Shown: piece after piece, positions 1 through 11,415 of the stretch
Position numbering within the stretch: position 1 is the first letter of the stretch
How the letters are laid out: each line of letters begins with the position of its first letter
From: Sphagnum compactum
Taxonomy: Eukaryota
Direction of reading: 5' to 3'
DNA: 64,000 bases
NCBI GenBank assembly: GCA_965153455.1
Contig: OZ234493.1
Coordinates: 5,518,001 to 5,582,000 of the forward strand
Program-made: the position numbers and the translations under genes
The notes under the pieces: generated by a model
Database searches by the model: none
Told to the model about the DNA's origin: nothing
Seen by the model: the letters and a program-made list of their open reading frames with translations, nothing else

Positions 1-563
1 GTAAAGGGCAAGTTACATCAGTCATCAAAGTGCAAGAGGGTTGTGGCCAAATCCAAATCTTTTGCAAATCTATGAAGGAAAAGCAGACATGAAGGTCCTA
101 TCTGTTTGATTCTAATGAGATCAACTCATTATGGGAGGGAGCTTTACAGCAGAAATCCCCTCCATCACTTGCACAATGGACTGCATCAGATAACCTTTAA
201 CCCAGATCTGAAGGATGCAACACAGAAGAGATACAACATGTGCAAAGATCCTTGCACATTCACCTTTTGCCTCATGAGTCAGGGTAACCAAAGCACCCAC
301 AAACACAAGAAAGCATAGTGTACACCAACCAAATCACAACAATGTTTACAAACCAGATTTGGTGAAGATCTTGGGTATTTCAATACCTAGATAAGTGCCA
401 AGGGGGAATTCTAAATACCAGCTGAAAAAACTAACTTATTCAGAGTGTTCCCCAAGTAGCCAGTGTATCCTATTGGAGGCAATTGACAGAATGAAAGCAA
501 GGAAACATCCTAGAGACTCACTGCCAGCTCCAGAGGGTTTCAAGCAGTGTGAATGTGCTGTTA

Positions 564-2699
564 TTATAGTAAGCACATTGACAATGAGGGATTTTCAAGT
601 TCATCCATTGCTGCTGGAACATCTCGGTTTTTATCTCTGTCCTCTCGCTTTGCACGTTGTCTTTCTGCACAAGTGAATTGAAACTTACCAGATCCAAGAA
701 ATGCCAACTATATGTAAAATTGTGATAAAAGAAACAGTAACAAAAAGCATTACAGTTGCAAAGGATTGCAGGGATTGGACCTTACTCTTATTGAGAATTG
801 ATTTGCGAGTGAGTTCCAGAAACTCAGCCCATTGAAAACCTTGCAGCTCTAGTTTGTCTTCCTCTGAGAGCTCAAAATTCGGCTCCCTGCCACACATGTA
901 TGCAGCCCTGCCAGTTGCATCTCAAACTCCATCAGAGGCTTTCCCTCAAAGACTTGCCTGCTTGTTGTGCTTGCAAGGCAGAATTGACTTTCTTCTATCC
1001 AACATGTGTTATCAGCACACTTAGGTTCTGAATGTTTGCAAGCATGTAATAAACCTAGTTAATTGTCAAATCCTTCACTTATGCAAAAGCACATCTTTCT
1101 CAACTGGAATGATGTGACATCATAAACAAAGGACTCCCCTCTGGAACATCTGTGGCATTGCAAAATAATTCTCTTCTTCAAATTGGTGAGTCCACATACT
1201 ACATGCCATGCAACTCTGCCTTCAATCTACACCAACATGTTGAGAAATGTCTGAATACAGTCCCACCCAACCACTCATCCTTGGATCTTGGAAATGCTCT
1301 AAATCACTCATAAGACATATTTCTTTGCTGGCCTGACCACCCATCTTCTTCTCAACACCCTCTGGCACTTTAACCACATGGCACTCAAAGAAACAAAGCA
1401 GAGTGGATGCACCGGTCATAAAGCCGTGCTGCTTCTTCCTGGGATCCAACAGTACCAAGGTGAACCTGTTTCTTCTCCACCTTGATGGCAGCCTGCCACT
1501 TCATGTTCTTGAAGTATACCCCTCGCATGACACAAGGCTCCTGGTTGCCCTGTTGTTTTCTCCTTTGGCGCTTCCTCTTCTTCAGTTCCCTTTCTGCATG
1601 CAGAGATTTTAAGGAGAGGTCAGAGGACCTGGCAAGGCTCTGTCACAGGGTCTTCCAACACTAGGGAATAGGGCCTCTTATTCATTCCAGAAGATCCTCC
1701 TGGACCAAGGACTAGAGTCTAACCCTCCTGTCCATCAAGTGGACCATTGAGGTTCCATCATTCCATTAGTGCATACTCAGGTTGAGATCCCCACCCATTG
1801 GAATTGCATGTACAAAAGCCTAACCATACTTGCATAATTTGGTGTCTAGAGTAACATTCAGCAATTAAGGACCCAAGCTGGACAAACTACCCTGAACATC
1901 CAGCAAGAAATACTGGAAAACGGTTCTGGTGGCAAGCAGAAATACCTTTTGGGAACAAATTTGGAGCATAAATCTGATTCAGAGGTTGAGCAAGTGAAGT
2001 ACATGTTGTATGCACCTCCTTTAAACCAACCCACCGAGTGCCACCATGTCAAAACCCCAATACAGGTGACTCCATGATAATAGCATCAATTTAGAAAACA
2101 CCTTCATACTACCCAAAAGCGAAGCAATTCATCAAATTCATGAAAGGAAATACATTACTAATGTATCCATGGCCTATATTTTCCTTTATCTGAAATGAGA
2201 ACATCAAGCAACCGACTGGATGCTACTTATTTAGTGGGTACCTGGCCCTCTTTCAGAAAGATCACTAAATTACCTGCTTAGGGGGGATGTCCTCATTGGA
2301 TTTCAACCCCTCTGGTGAGGCGAGTGTTGTTTCTCTTGCAGACAGGAGAAACGGTAGTCTTTGGTAAGCTTGTGGCTGTCCATGCTTGTCTGAATATCAA
2401 CATGACTTTCAAAATCTATTAGTGCCCATAAACTAGAACAAAACGAAACAGAGGCAGATGAAACATTGCACAATCATCACCCTACATGTTCATCACTCAG
2501 CTGCAACTGACACATAAAGATGTGAGAAACCCAAATTCTGTCAATTTGGCACAGAAGAGACACAGAAAGCCATCAGGCAACCACATCAATTGCAGCTATC
2601 CTGCCTCCTAACCCTGCTGCTCTGAGAATGACATATAGCTAGATTTGAGAAAGTACCTGGAGACAGTCCACCAGGACGCCGCTTTCTGATACTCACCAT
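564..2699 (-). CDS. Soloist-type AP2/ERF transcription factor (At4g13040/APD1-like), 6 coding exons, 211 aa
   Basis: Exons on minus: 2699-2657, 2389-2274, 2018-1946, 1593-1413, 907-786, 664-564. All are GT-AG and in phase, 636 nt total. Protein MVSIRKRRPGGLSP...KKRKRQRRKQQGNQEPCVMRGVYFKNMKWQAAIKVEKKQVHLGTVGSQEEAARLYDRAAYMCGREPNFELSEEDKLELQGFQWAEFL matches the Soloist AP2 signature. Exon 3 (2018-1946) is inferred mainly from phase fit. Confidence 0.92.
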
Positions 2700-4162
2700 G
2701 TGACCTTCCTGTCTTCTTGCACGCAATTGCTATATCCTTATTTTCACCAACCTCCTGACTGCATTGTGGGCATCAGGCTTTCTAGTGGAGGTCAATTTTG
2801 AGTTGTTTCCTTGTGTCACAAATAGGCTTCCAAAACTGGATTCCTTAGTAAATTACCAACATATCTTTGGTAGGTGACAATCCTAACTGCAACAGCTGCC
2901 CCTAAAACATCTCCAAAGATTTGTCACCCTGCTATCACTATACACCTTGTGATGCCCAAAGCAGAAGTCCACCAACCACAATCCTTGGAGGATAGAATGC
3001 TTTCAGTTCGGGCAAAAACAGGTAACCTGAACTGCTGATCAGTATAATCATCCAACCTGTAGACAAACCAGAATATATCAGCACTGTACATCTGGGCCAA
3101 GGTAAAATTGGTATGCACAGGGGAGAATACAGGGTGATTACCAACCCAGGCTAGAATGGCTGATGGAAACCCAAGTGTTGTGATGTGAAATCTGTTGCCA
3201 AACATGAAATCTCAATCCTTACGCACATGATGATGATGCACATGAGATATTTCACACATAGATAAAATCCAAACTCTCGTCCCCGAAACTGAACAACCAA
3301 ATGGACCATACCCAAATCCCTTATACACTGGATTTTTTCCATGTCCTGTAACTTTGAGTATCCAGGGCCACATACAACAACTCCAGCACTCTCTTGCTGG
3401 GTCAATGTCTTCTAGCTCTTCTTAAACCCCCTGGAGACACTGGAATTGACATAACTAGAGAATCCATTCATTTGCTAGCATGCTGTGTGCTGGACTTCTA
3501 AGGCCAACAATGTTTTTGATCCCCATTCTTGCTCCAACTCCTTTGCTTCATATGCTCCAGCCAGCATTGCAAGGAAAGTGTTCTTCATCACTTGATCAAC
3601 TCTGTCATGTATATCAATGGCTCTAAGCCAACCTCCACGGTTTCATTGGTATCAAATCTCCCTAGTTTGTCCCGAGGCATAGTGATTAAGAGAATGGGTC
3701 CCCCTACAAGGGTAAAAAAGCAGAAGGGCTCTGGAGTACAACACAACACACAACCACTACCACCTTTTCCTGAAGACCCATAGGTAGCCAGCCACCTTTT
3801 TCCCGCATTCTGTAAACTCCCTCATGCTCAAAGTAATCTACCACAATGTGCTGATTTCCCCAGAATTCAGAAGTAGATATACCCAGTGACCCAACAAGTC
3901 TTGATGCACCAACTCATCCATGGAATTGCCAGAACTTGATAGATTGACCTAGTAGCTGAGATTCCTTGCAGAGGAAGGGGGTGCAGGTGCTAGGTACTAC
4001 TCAAGGAGACACTTTGTTGCATGTGTTTCACAAACACCTTGCTATAATTACTAAACAAAGGAGCATGGTATTCTCACAAATATATTATTAATCTAATTCA
4101 GGTATTTAGTTAATTCTGGCCTAAGATTGTTAAGTTTGGACTGTTTCTAACCTGATGAATGG

Positions 4163-4580
4163 GATCAAGTTTTTTCCTGCATTGGAGGCGATTACATTGT
4201 TAATATCTATTTGTTGGATCATTTAGTGAGATGAAATGTTATTAATATATATTATTGCATCATCTGATGCTTCTAAATCAAAAAAGAAAAAGGTTGACAC
4301 TAAGATCAAATATTTTTACTAAATTTGAGACAAAACATTTTTAATATCTATGTGTTGAATAATTTAGTGAGATAAAATACTATTAATATATATTGTTGCA
4401 TCATATGATGCTTTCCCAAAAAAAAAATTAATTAAGCTCCTGTCAAGGGTCAAATTTTTTACTAAATTTGAAACAAAACATTGTTAACATCTATTTGTTG
4501 AATTATTTAGTGAGACAAAATATTGTTAATATGTATCAATTGCATCATCTTCTAATGTCTTCAAATCCACAAAAAAAAGG
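4163..4580. repeat. Degenerate tandem repeat, 3 copies of ~140-145 bp
   Basis: Units start near 4163, 4304 and 4449. Each contains variants of aatatctatttgttg..atttagtgaga..ttaatatatatt..tgcatcat followed by an A-run. Confidence 0.8.
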
Positions 4581-4698
4581 AAAAAAACTCCAATTTCCCA
4601 ACTTTCAAATGATCGACTCTTAATTTTGAACTTTTGACAAGTCTAGACGGTGATGCCAAACGCGTACTGAGGAAGCTTTATAGCAACCAACCACGGAC

Positions 4699-5290
4699 CT
4701 GTCTGTTCTTGCCACTGCCGTTTCCCCTTGGTTGTCAAACACCGATGGCAGCAGCTAGTTCGCGGCTGACATCATCAAATCCCGCAGCAAAACCCCCCCC
4801 CAAAAAAAAGGGCAAAAGCCCGAGGGACCAAATAATGAAGAAAAACTCTGAAGCTGCACCTTGATCCCCCGTCGTCTTCTACCACCAATCCGCCCTAAAG
4901 ATCCCCTCCTTCTGATCCCGACGAGGACCAAACAATCCCCCCCCCACACACAGACACACAAAGCTCGCGTTCGTTTCTCGTGACTAGCCAACCAAAAATA
5001 CTACCACCGTGATTCAATAACAGAAGCAACAGCAGCAGCAACTCTTGACTCAACAACGCAGCGACAACAACTTAAGTGAAGCGAGGCAAAGAGCATGGGA
5101 AAACCAACGCTGGCGACCAACGAGCTGCGCAATAAGAGCAGAAGCTTGTGGGTATGGAGATGAGGTGAGAATCTAGTGTGTGCAGCAACGATGGTGGCGT
5201 GGGTTGGCAGGCGAAGAAGAAGATGATGACGCTGGTGCGGCAGCGCTGGGCGCGTCTTTGTCTTGTAGTATCTAAGGTAGCGCTCGTGAC
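4699..5290 (-). promoter_or_regulatory. Probable promoter and non-coding first exon of the Soloist AP2 gene
   Basis: GC- and CpG-rich island upstream of the gene. Candidate donor AG|gtccgt at 4699/4698 and acceptor aatgcag| near 2759. Not confirmed without transcripts. Confidence 0.5.
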
Positions 5291-5425
5291 TAGTACGTAT
5301 TACTCTTATTAGCTATGTACTAGAGCGGCTGACCCTATCATTGCACAATTTAAGAACACGGTTTCAAATATTCTCATAGCTGATACAAAATTATATCTTG
5401 CTGAAATTTGGTCCTCACACATATC

Positions 5426-5731
5426 CAGGCTTTCTTTTTTACTAAGTTTTGTTTGTAGCCAAAGTGGGAATCATCCATAGGAAGTTGTAAGAAAAGTGAC
5501 AATCATCCCTAGGAAGATTTAGCCAAATCTGGCTATAAATTATTAATAAGTTATAAATCTTCCATCATCCCCTTTTTTTTTTTTTTTGGCTACACAATGA
5601 AAACCAAGTGTATGACAATTTTTACCACTTTTTTTTCTCACTTTTGGTGACTGAAAACCTCCAAAATCACTTCTCTTTTGAATTTTGAAGTTCGCTTTTT
5701 GGTGAAATTTCCCCAGTAAGAAAAAACATTG
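5426..5731. mobile_element. hAT-type MITE (family with core gtagccaaagtggcgatcatccataggaagatttagccaaat)
   Basis: Ends are cagg-c-tttctttt...aaaaaacattg. Flanks cacatatc/cactcatc form a degenerate 8-bp TSD (6/8). The same core recurs at ~34411, 52905 and 54185, with a partial copy at ~41570. Confidence 0.7.
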
Positions 5732-6082
5732 CACTCATCCTATGTTGGCCATGAAATCCAATTTTCAAAATGTGCAACTATGATTACCCTAGTTGAACTG
5801 CAGGTTCAACAAAAATTATATTATTTTTAAACATGCTGAAAAAAAATTTAAATATTTCTTTCAAAGAAATTTTTTTTGGAAGGAAAATGAAGCATCTTTT
5901 GAAAAATTCAAGAATATTTTATTTGTCAGCTTGGAATCTTCAAAATTAAATAATTATTCACAGTGGTCGTAACAAACCTGTTATTCAACGAGGGTGGAAA
6001 TTTGTGGCCTACACACTAACCTATGTAATTTCAATTCACCATTTTCCATTTACCCCATGATTACACACTTCCTGGCACACCT

Positions 6083-6293
6083 CATTGCATAGAAAAATTC
6101 CTATTGCTGCACTTCCACATGCACACCAAGGCCCTAGCATTGCACACAATATATCCAAGATTGCTATTTCATTTACAAGAAGAACTCAAGTGCTCTTTGG
6201 GCAAGGATTGGAGCACCAGTTTGATAGAGTAGGGATGTTGTGTGCAAGGATAGGAAACAAAAGTGTGCAGTAATGGGGAAATTTGTGTGCAAT
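6083..6293. repeat. Imperfect fold-back (MITE-like) sequence
   Basis: attgcatagaaaaattcctattgctgcac pairs with gtgcagtaatggggaaatttgtgtgcaat. Inside it, ttgcacacaata..tcc pairs with ggatgttgtgtgcaa. Confidence 0.5.
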
Positions 6294-8123
6294 AACAAGG
6301 GAATAGCTGTAATAAGTCCCTTTACCCTCCTTTCTCTTTCTCAACAAATTCCTTAATTATTTATTAAAAACCTACAGGAAATTTTGTAGTGTTAACCTAA
6401 CGTAGCAAAATATTTTTGTTTGCAAAAGTATTGCAGGAAAACAATGAGAAAGAAATTCTCGTAGGTTTTTATCAGTGTTGGGCGGTTCTTTGAATTTTAA
6501 AAGAACCATGGGTTTCAGTTCTTTTAAATATTTCAGAATCGATGGTTTCAATTATTTCAAAAACCTGAAAGAACTACCTTACCTTAAGGTCTATTTATAA
6601 TTCTCAAAATAATGAAATGAAATTTTGTGAAAATATGAAGTTGAGATGTTGAAAATTATCATAGGCTACACTCTGAATAATTTCAAGTCTACTACTCATA
6701 TCACAATATTGTAGTAGATGATGGAAAATTACATAATTTCAAAATTAACAAACGAATTCATTTTTCAAAAAACAATAGTTATTCGTTTTCTCAATGTGGA
6801 AACTGACCCTAGGCTAAGGTAATGATTTTCATGAAAGACCCAGCAAATAATCAAACTTCGGAATTATGACTTCAAGAACCTATTAGACTGGTATTGGTAT
6901 AAAGCTAATATTGCTTCACGTATCTATCATCTTGTATTAATATAAGGCTAATATTGTTTCAACTCATACCAAAAGTCATACTTCCAAAGTTATCCTTCTA
7001 TCAATTTTATACTAGTTTTAATATCAAATAAATATTTGCCTAATATTAGTAAAAAATCAATCTTGGACACAATACTAGGACTAGACTAATATGAAAGTTT
7101 TTTAAAACACCAAATATTAGTATCAACCCAGTATGAAAAAAAAACCATTTTTATACCAAGACTAGGCAATAAACATATTCACAAAGTCGACCAAACAAGG
7201 GAAAACCCTGGTATGACTGAACCAGGAAAAAAAATGCCAAAAAGCATGTTACAAAACAGAAGGTGAAATTGCTTTTACCAATTTTGTAGTGGGAAAAATA
7301 GTTTCATCCTAAATCTCACTTTTCCTATGTGCAATGATGGCTCTATTCTGAGAACTCAGCAAAATATTATGCATTGGATTTCTTTAATGTGTTGTAAAGT
7401 TAATACCAAAAACACATCCAAACCCAAACCCATTTTCACTCTATGGGAGGGTTATATACTTCATCCAAAGTGTGGTGCTACCAGTGGACTTAGCCTAACA
7501 TCTTACAGACCTCACTCAAGTCCAAATACTTAAGCCATAAAGACCTTGCTAATTTAATTTTAAATTACAAGGGGATGATGGTAGCTTACTTGGTGGAATA
7601 AGGGCTGGAGATGTTGCAAGGATCACACCTTATACAAAAGTAAGGTTTTGCATACCATGGAGCTTATGGCCTGTAGGGTGCCTCCTCTTATGTAAATTGC
7701 TGAGTTGGTAAATGAAACTAGGTGTCCAGTTCCAGGGCTGGCTAGCACTTTATGCACAGAAATAGGTGATTATCAAGCTTAGTGGTATGTAAATATTTAA
7801 TAACTTAGAACTAGCTTAAAAGAAAAAAGTACTTGGGCATAAATCTCCAGAAGTAGGAAAGGGAGGCAAATGATTTGATATTTTGCTTATTTCAAAAGTA
7901 GAATTCCATTATTAAGTATCTAATTTTATTTCATTCATATGTAATTTAAGTTAAGCTGCATTTATAACCTTATTATGTTAATGAATATGAACTGCTGTGT
8001 ATAAAACAAATGAAGGAATCTAAATTACAAACATGTATAAAACTGAGTAAAATTATTGTAAATATCATGACATGGACTTCATGTATTTTACACCTTTATT
8101 GGCCTTCCCTACCAAGGGTAGGA

Positions 8124-8395
8124 TATTGTGTTTAGATTCATTAGAGAGTATAGTAGCTTAAGGGATTTTAATAGGCCCCTAGGTAATAATAGGTCTATTT
8201 TGATATGAGGATTTTTGAAAGATGATATTTTGGCTTGTGTTGAAACTTGAGATTAGTTACAATAGAGTTATAACAATATCTTGAAGGATTTTGGTTTCTT
8301 TTAGAGGATTTTTTGAAGATTATAATTTTGCATGCTGAAATATTTGAGTTTCTATAATTCTTCTTTTGCCTTAAGATACTTTTTAATGTAAAGGT
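8124..8395 (+). repeat. Dispersed repeat, copy 1 (copy 2 at 41276..41535)
   Basis: About 270 bp (tattgtgtttagattca...gatttttgaaagatgatattttggcttgtgttgaaacttgagattagtt...) is highly similar at both loci, in the same orientation. Confidence 0.85.
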
Positions 8396-11300
8396 ATATA
8401 GGTAAAACAGCCTACAGGAAAATTTACAAAAATAAAGAAATAATTTCATGACATAAACAATTTTTTTAAATAATAATTCATTCAAGCCATTGTCAGAATG
8501 GCAAATGGTAGCACAATCTAAATGGGTTTCAAAGCGCATATGTTTAAAGATTCTGTTTGAAGTAATGAACAGAAATTAAATGCCAAAAGTAGATTTGTTC
8601 AATAATTAGTCACCATATAATTTGGTCAGATCCATCATAACCACATGCATTGCAAAATATGGAATTGCTTATACCCTCTGTTTATCCATCTCAAAACAAT
8701 TACAATTTGAAACTCTTTATAAACAGTGATGAAACATTAAAACTGGGTAATCCAAAGCTAGTCTGCATCACAAGATAGCATCGTGTTCACTTGCAGCTCC
8801 AAATCACATCCCTGTGCTTTTTTGGGGCTCAATTTGCTAAAATTTCTTCCTTTCGGGAGTATATTGACACAAAACATTAGTCATCTTCTAGGGTCCTAAT
8901 TTCACACCAGCTTCAAACTCAGACCCATGTCCAATCGGTCTTGTTGGACTGGCGGTTAAATTGACCCTTAGCTATACATTGACCAACAAAATTCCTAGTA
9001 CATTTGGAGGGCACCTTATATTCATCAATGGTTGCTCCATAAAAAGAGGAGGCACCTCATGTCCACAGGAGGCCTCTTGCACCCACTAAGTCCATGGAAG
9101 CCAAATAAGGTGTAAATGGTAGGTGTCAAGTGCTTCTTGCTCCTACCACCAGTATCCACGTAGGTTTAAGCTCTTGACATTAGGATTTTGAACCTGAATT
9201 TATCTGCTCCGAAGATTGATCAATCTAGTTCCAAACTTGATCAATCAAATTTTAAGCTCAATCAATCTGCTTGTAAATTTGATCAATGTATTTCTAAACT
9301 TAAGTGATCTACTCGTAAACTATGACAATATGCTATTAGATTTGTTTAAATACAAATGAGGCCTCGATCCAGCATCTTTCTCAACATATTGCCCTGTGAC
9401 AGGACATATTTGATCTCCTACTAGACACAAGCACTGCACAAACACCATCATGATACATTCATTAGTAGAACTGAAGACCAGAAAGTAATAACCATTTTGC
9501 CACAAAAGATGTAAAAGGGGAAAAGGGAGAACCTTGTAGCAGACAACACAATCATTAGAGTGCAGTGCAAAAATCTTCATCTCAATGCAGGCACAGCAGT
9601 TAGCACAGGCAGTCATCATGTGATGTACACTTGGTAAGAGCACTCCTCTAGTGAAACTCTTGCTTCCAGATTGATATGTCTTTCTAGATCTACTCCCAGT
9701 AGTCCACAGAAACTTGTATTCCGTACATGTAACGAACTTGACTCGCATCAGCAGCAACAGGGAGGATTCCACTAATAAGAGGGAATGAAGCAAATATGAA
9801 TGAAAACATGTTCATGTAGAGATAAGAGGAAAGACCTGATGGCAGTGAACACAAGTGCACGTCATGCAAGCAATTGTCTGAGAAGCCAATGGAAGCAGCA
9901 TATCTGCAGACAATGCATGCTTAATCCAGGAACTAAACCCTTAGATTGATTCATTCAAAATTCAAACAATTTCTCTGCAGAAGACTTGTACTTAGCATTT
10001 CAATAGCCCACACCTATTCTTGTGACTGGTGGCAGAAGATGGAAAACTCAAATAACAGTCATCAGGATGTCAGTACATTGTATGCTCATCCCCAAGAAAC
10101 TAAAACAATGTGCTGGCAAAGAGTGGGTCATGATGTAGACAAACCTCCAGGACTTGTAAAGGGTCAAGAGATGTGCCATGACAGTGGAGAAGCCGCACTG
10201 CAGCTCCGTGCATAGGTTCTCTTCCAACTCTGGATTTTAAATAAATGTCCAGCAGTCTGTGCAAACAATGACTCCTTTAACATCCACAGTCAGCACACAA
10301 GTCAGTTGCAAACAACAGGATCATTAATTGAGCTAACCCTGGTTTTTGCAATCCATGTAACATCAGTAAAACATATCACATCCATTCATACCAAGAGATG
10401 GTTAATATCAGGAAGCTTAAAAGACTGTAAGCATCTGGAGCAAGAAAAAAGACATGCTCTTCACTGCATGTACACTTCTGGTCTCCCAAGTTCAGCAAAA
10501 TAACATTTCAGCAGCCTCACTGTCCTCAAGCTTCCTGTGACAAAACCCAAGATGTTCTATCACATTGGACCCCGCAAAAAAAACACAATTGGAGGGCTAA
10601 CCTTTCTTTCACTGCATCACCACCTCTATCTGTCATGGTCTCCTCTGCCATCCATGCACACCATATCTCACACTTTGAATGCCTAAACTGTGACCGGATT
10701 GTCCCATAAATTCCATCCAACATTCGCTCTGCACTCCATTTCGCCATTTCTCTTAGGCTGCAATGCTTCCACTGCATGCACCTAGTACAACAGTAGCTTC
10801 TTTCACAATGCAATTGCCAATTTCCCTAAGCTTTCACCTTGTGTAGATGGAGCTCTATTTGGATCTTTCAGCAAAGCAGAAGCTTCCAGTAGTGATGCTA
10901 TTCTGCTGAAAGCTTCTTTCAATTTTCCACCAACTCCACTCATAGACTTGTGTCACAAAACAACACACGGGCGCTCTAGTTCATCCACTGAAGGCTTCAA
11001 TGTCTAGCCTTCTGATCATTACAAGAACTTCAGGTGCCCCACCAATGCTTTGAACTGAAATCTTGTATCTGCCTTAATTGCTGTCAGACATGAATAGGAA
11101 TCACACTCTGGAAGTAGGTACTCCCCCACCTGTAAGAACAGTGTCCACAGCATTTTGGCCGGTGAGTAAAGATAAGGAATCATGACTACAACTAGATTAC
11201 AAATATGCTGACTGTCAGCTGCACCCAGCAAACTATAGTGACAAGAACCTTGTGAAGAGCCAATGCCTTCTATGGAGCATGCAACACTGTTATATTTGTG

Positions 11301-11415
11301 ATCCTGAGAGAACCTCGGCACTAGTCTCTTGTGGTGCAACTTCCTCACCAGATCAAGACTACCAAGGGTTGTAATCAAAAGCTCAGATGATGTACATGAA
11401 GATTATGAAATATTG

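Noticed and set aside
1594..1820. Extra AP2 exon(s) reading AFVHAIPM or LGPGGSSG
   Set aside because: I found no donor/acceptor combination with plausible intron length and correct phase. The 1946>1593 junction fits cleanly.
1..2060. LINE endonuclease/RT remnant suggested by QIYAPN and GGDLN on minus
   Set aside because: QIYAPN falls in in-phase exon 3 of the AP2 gene and GGDLN is intronic. The region is explained by the spliced gene.
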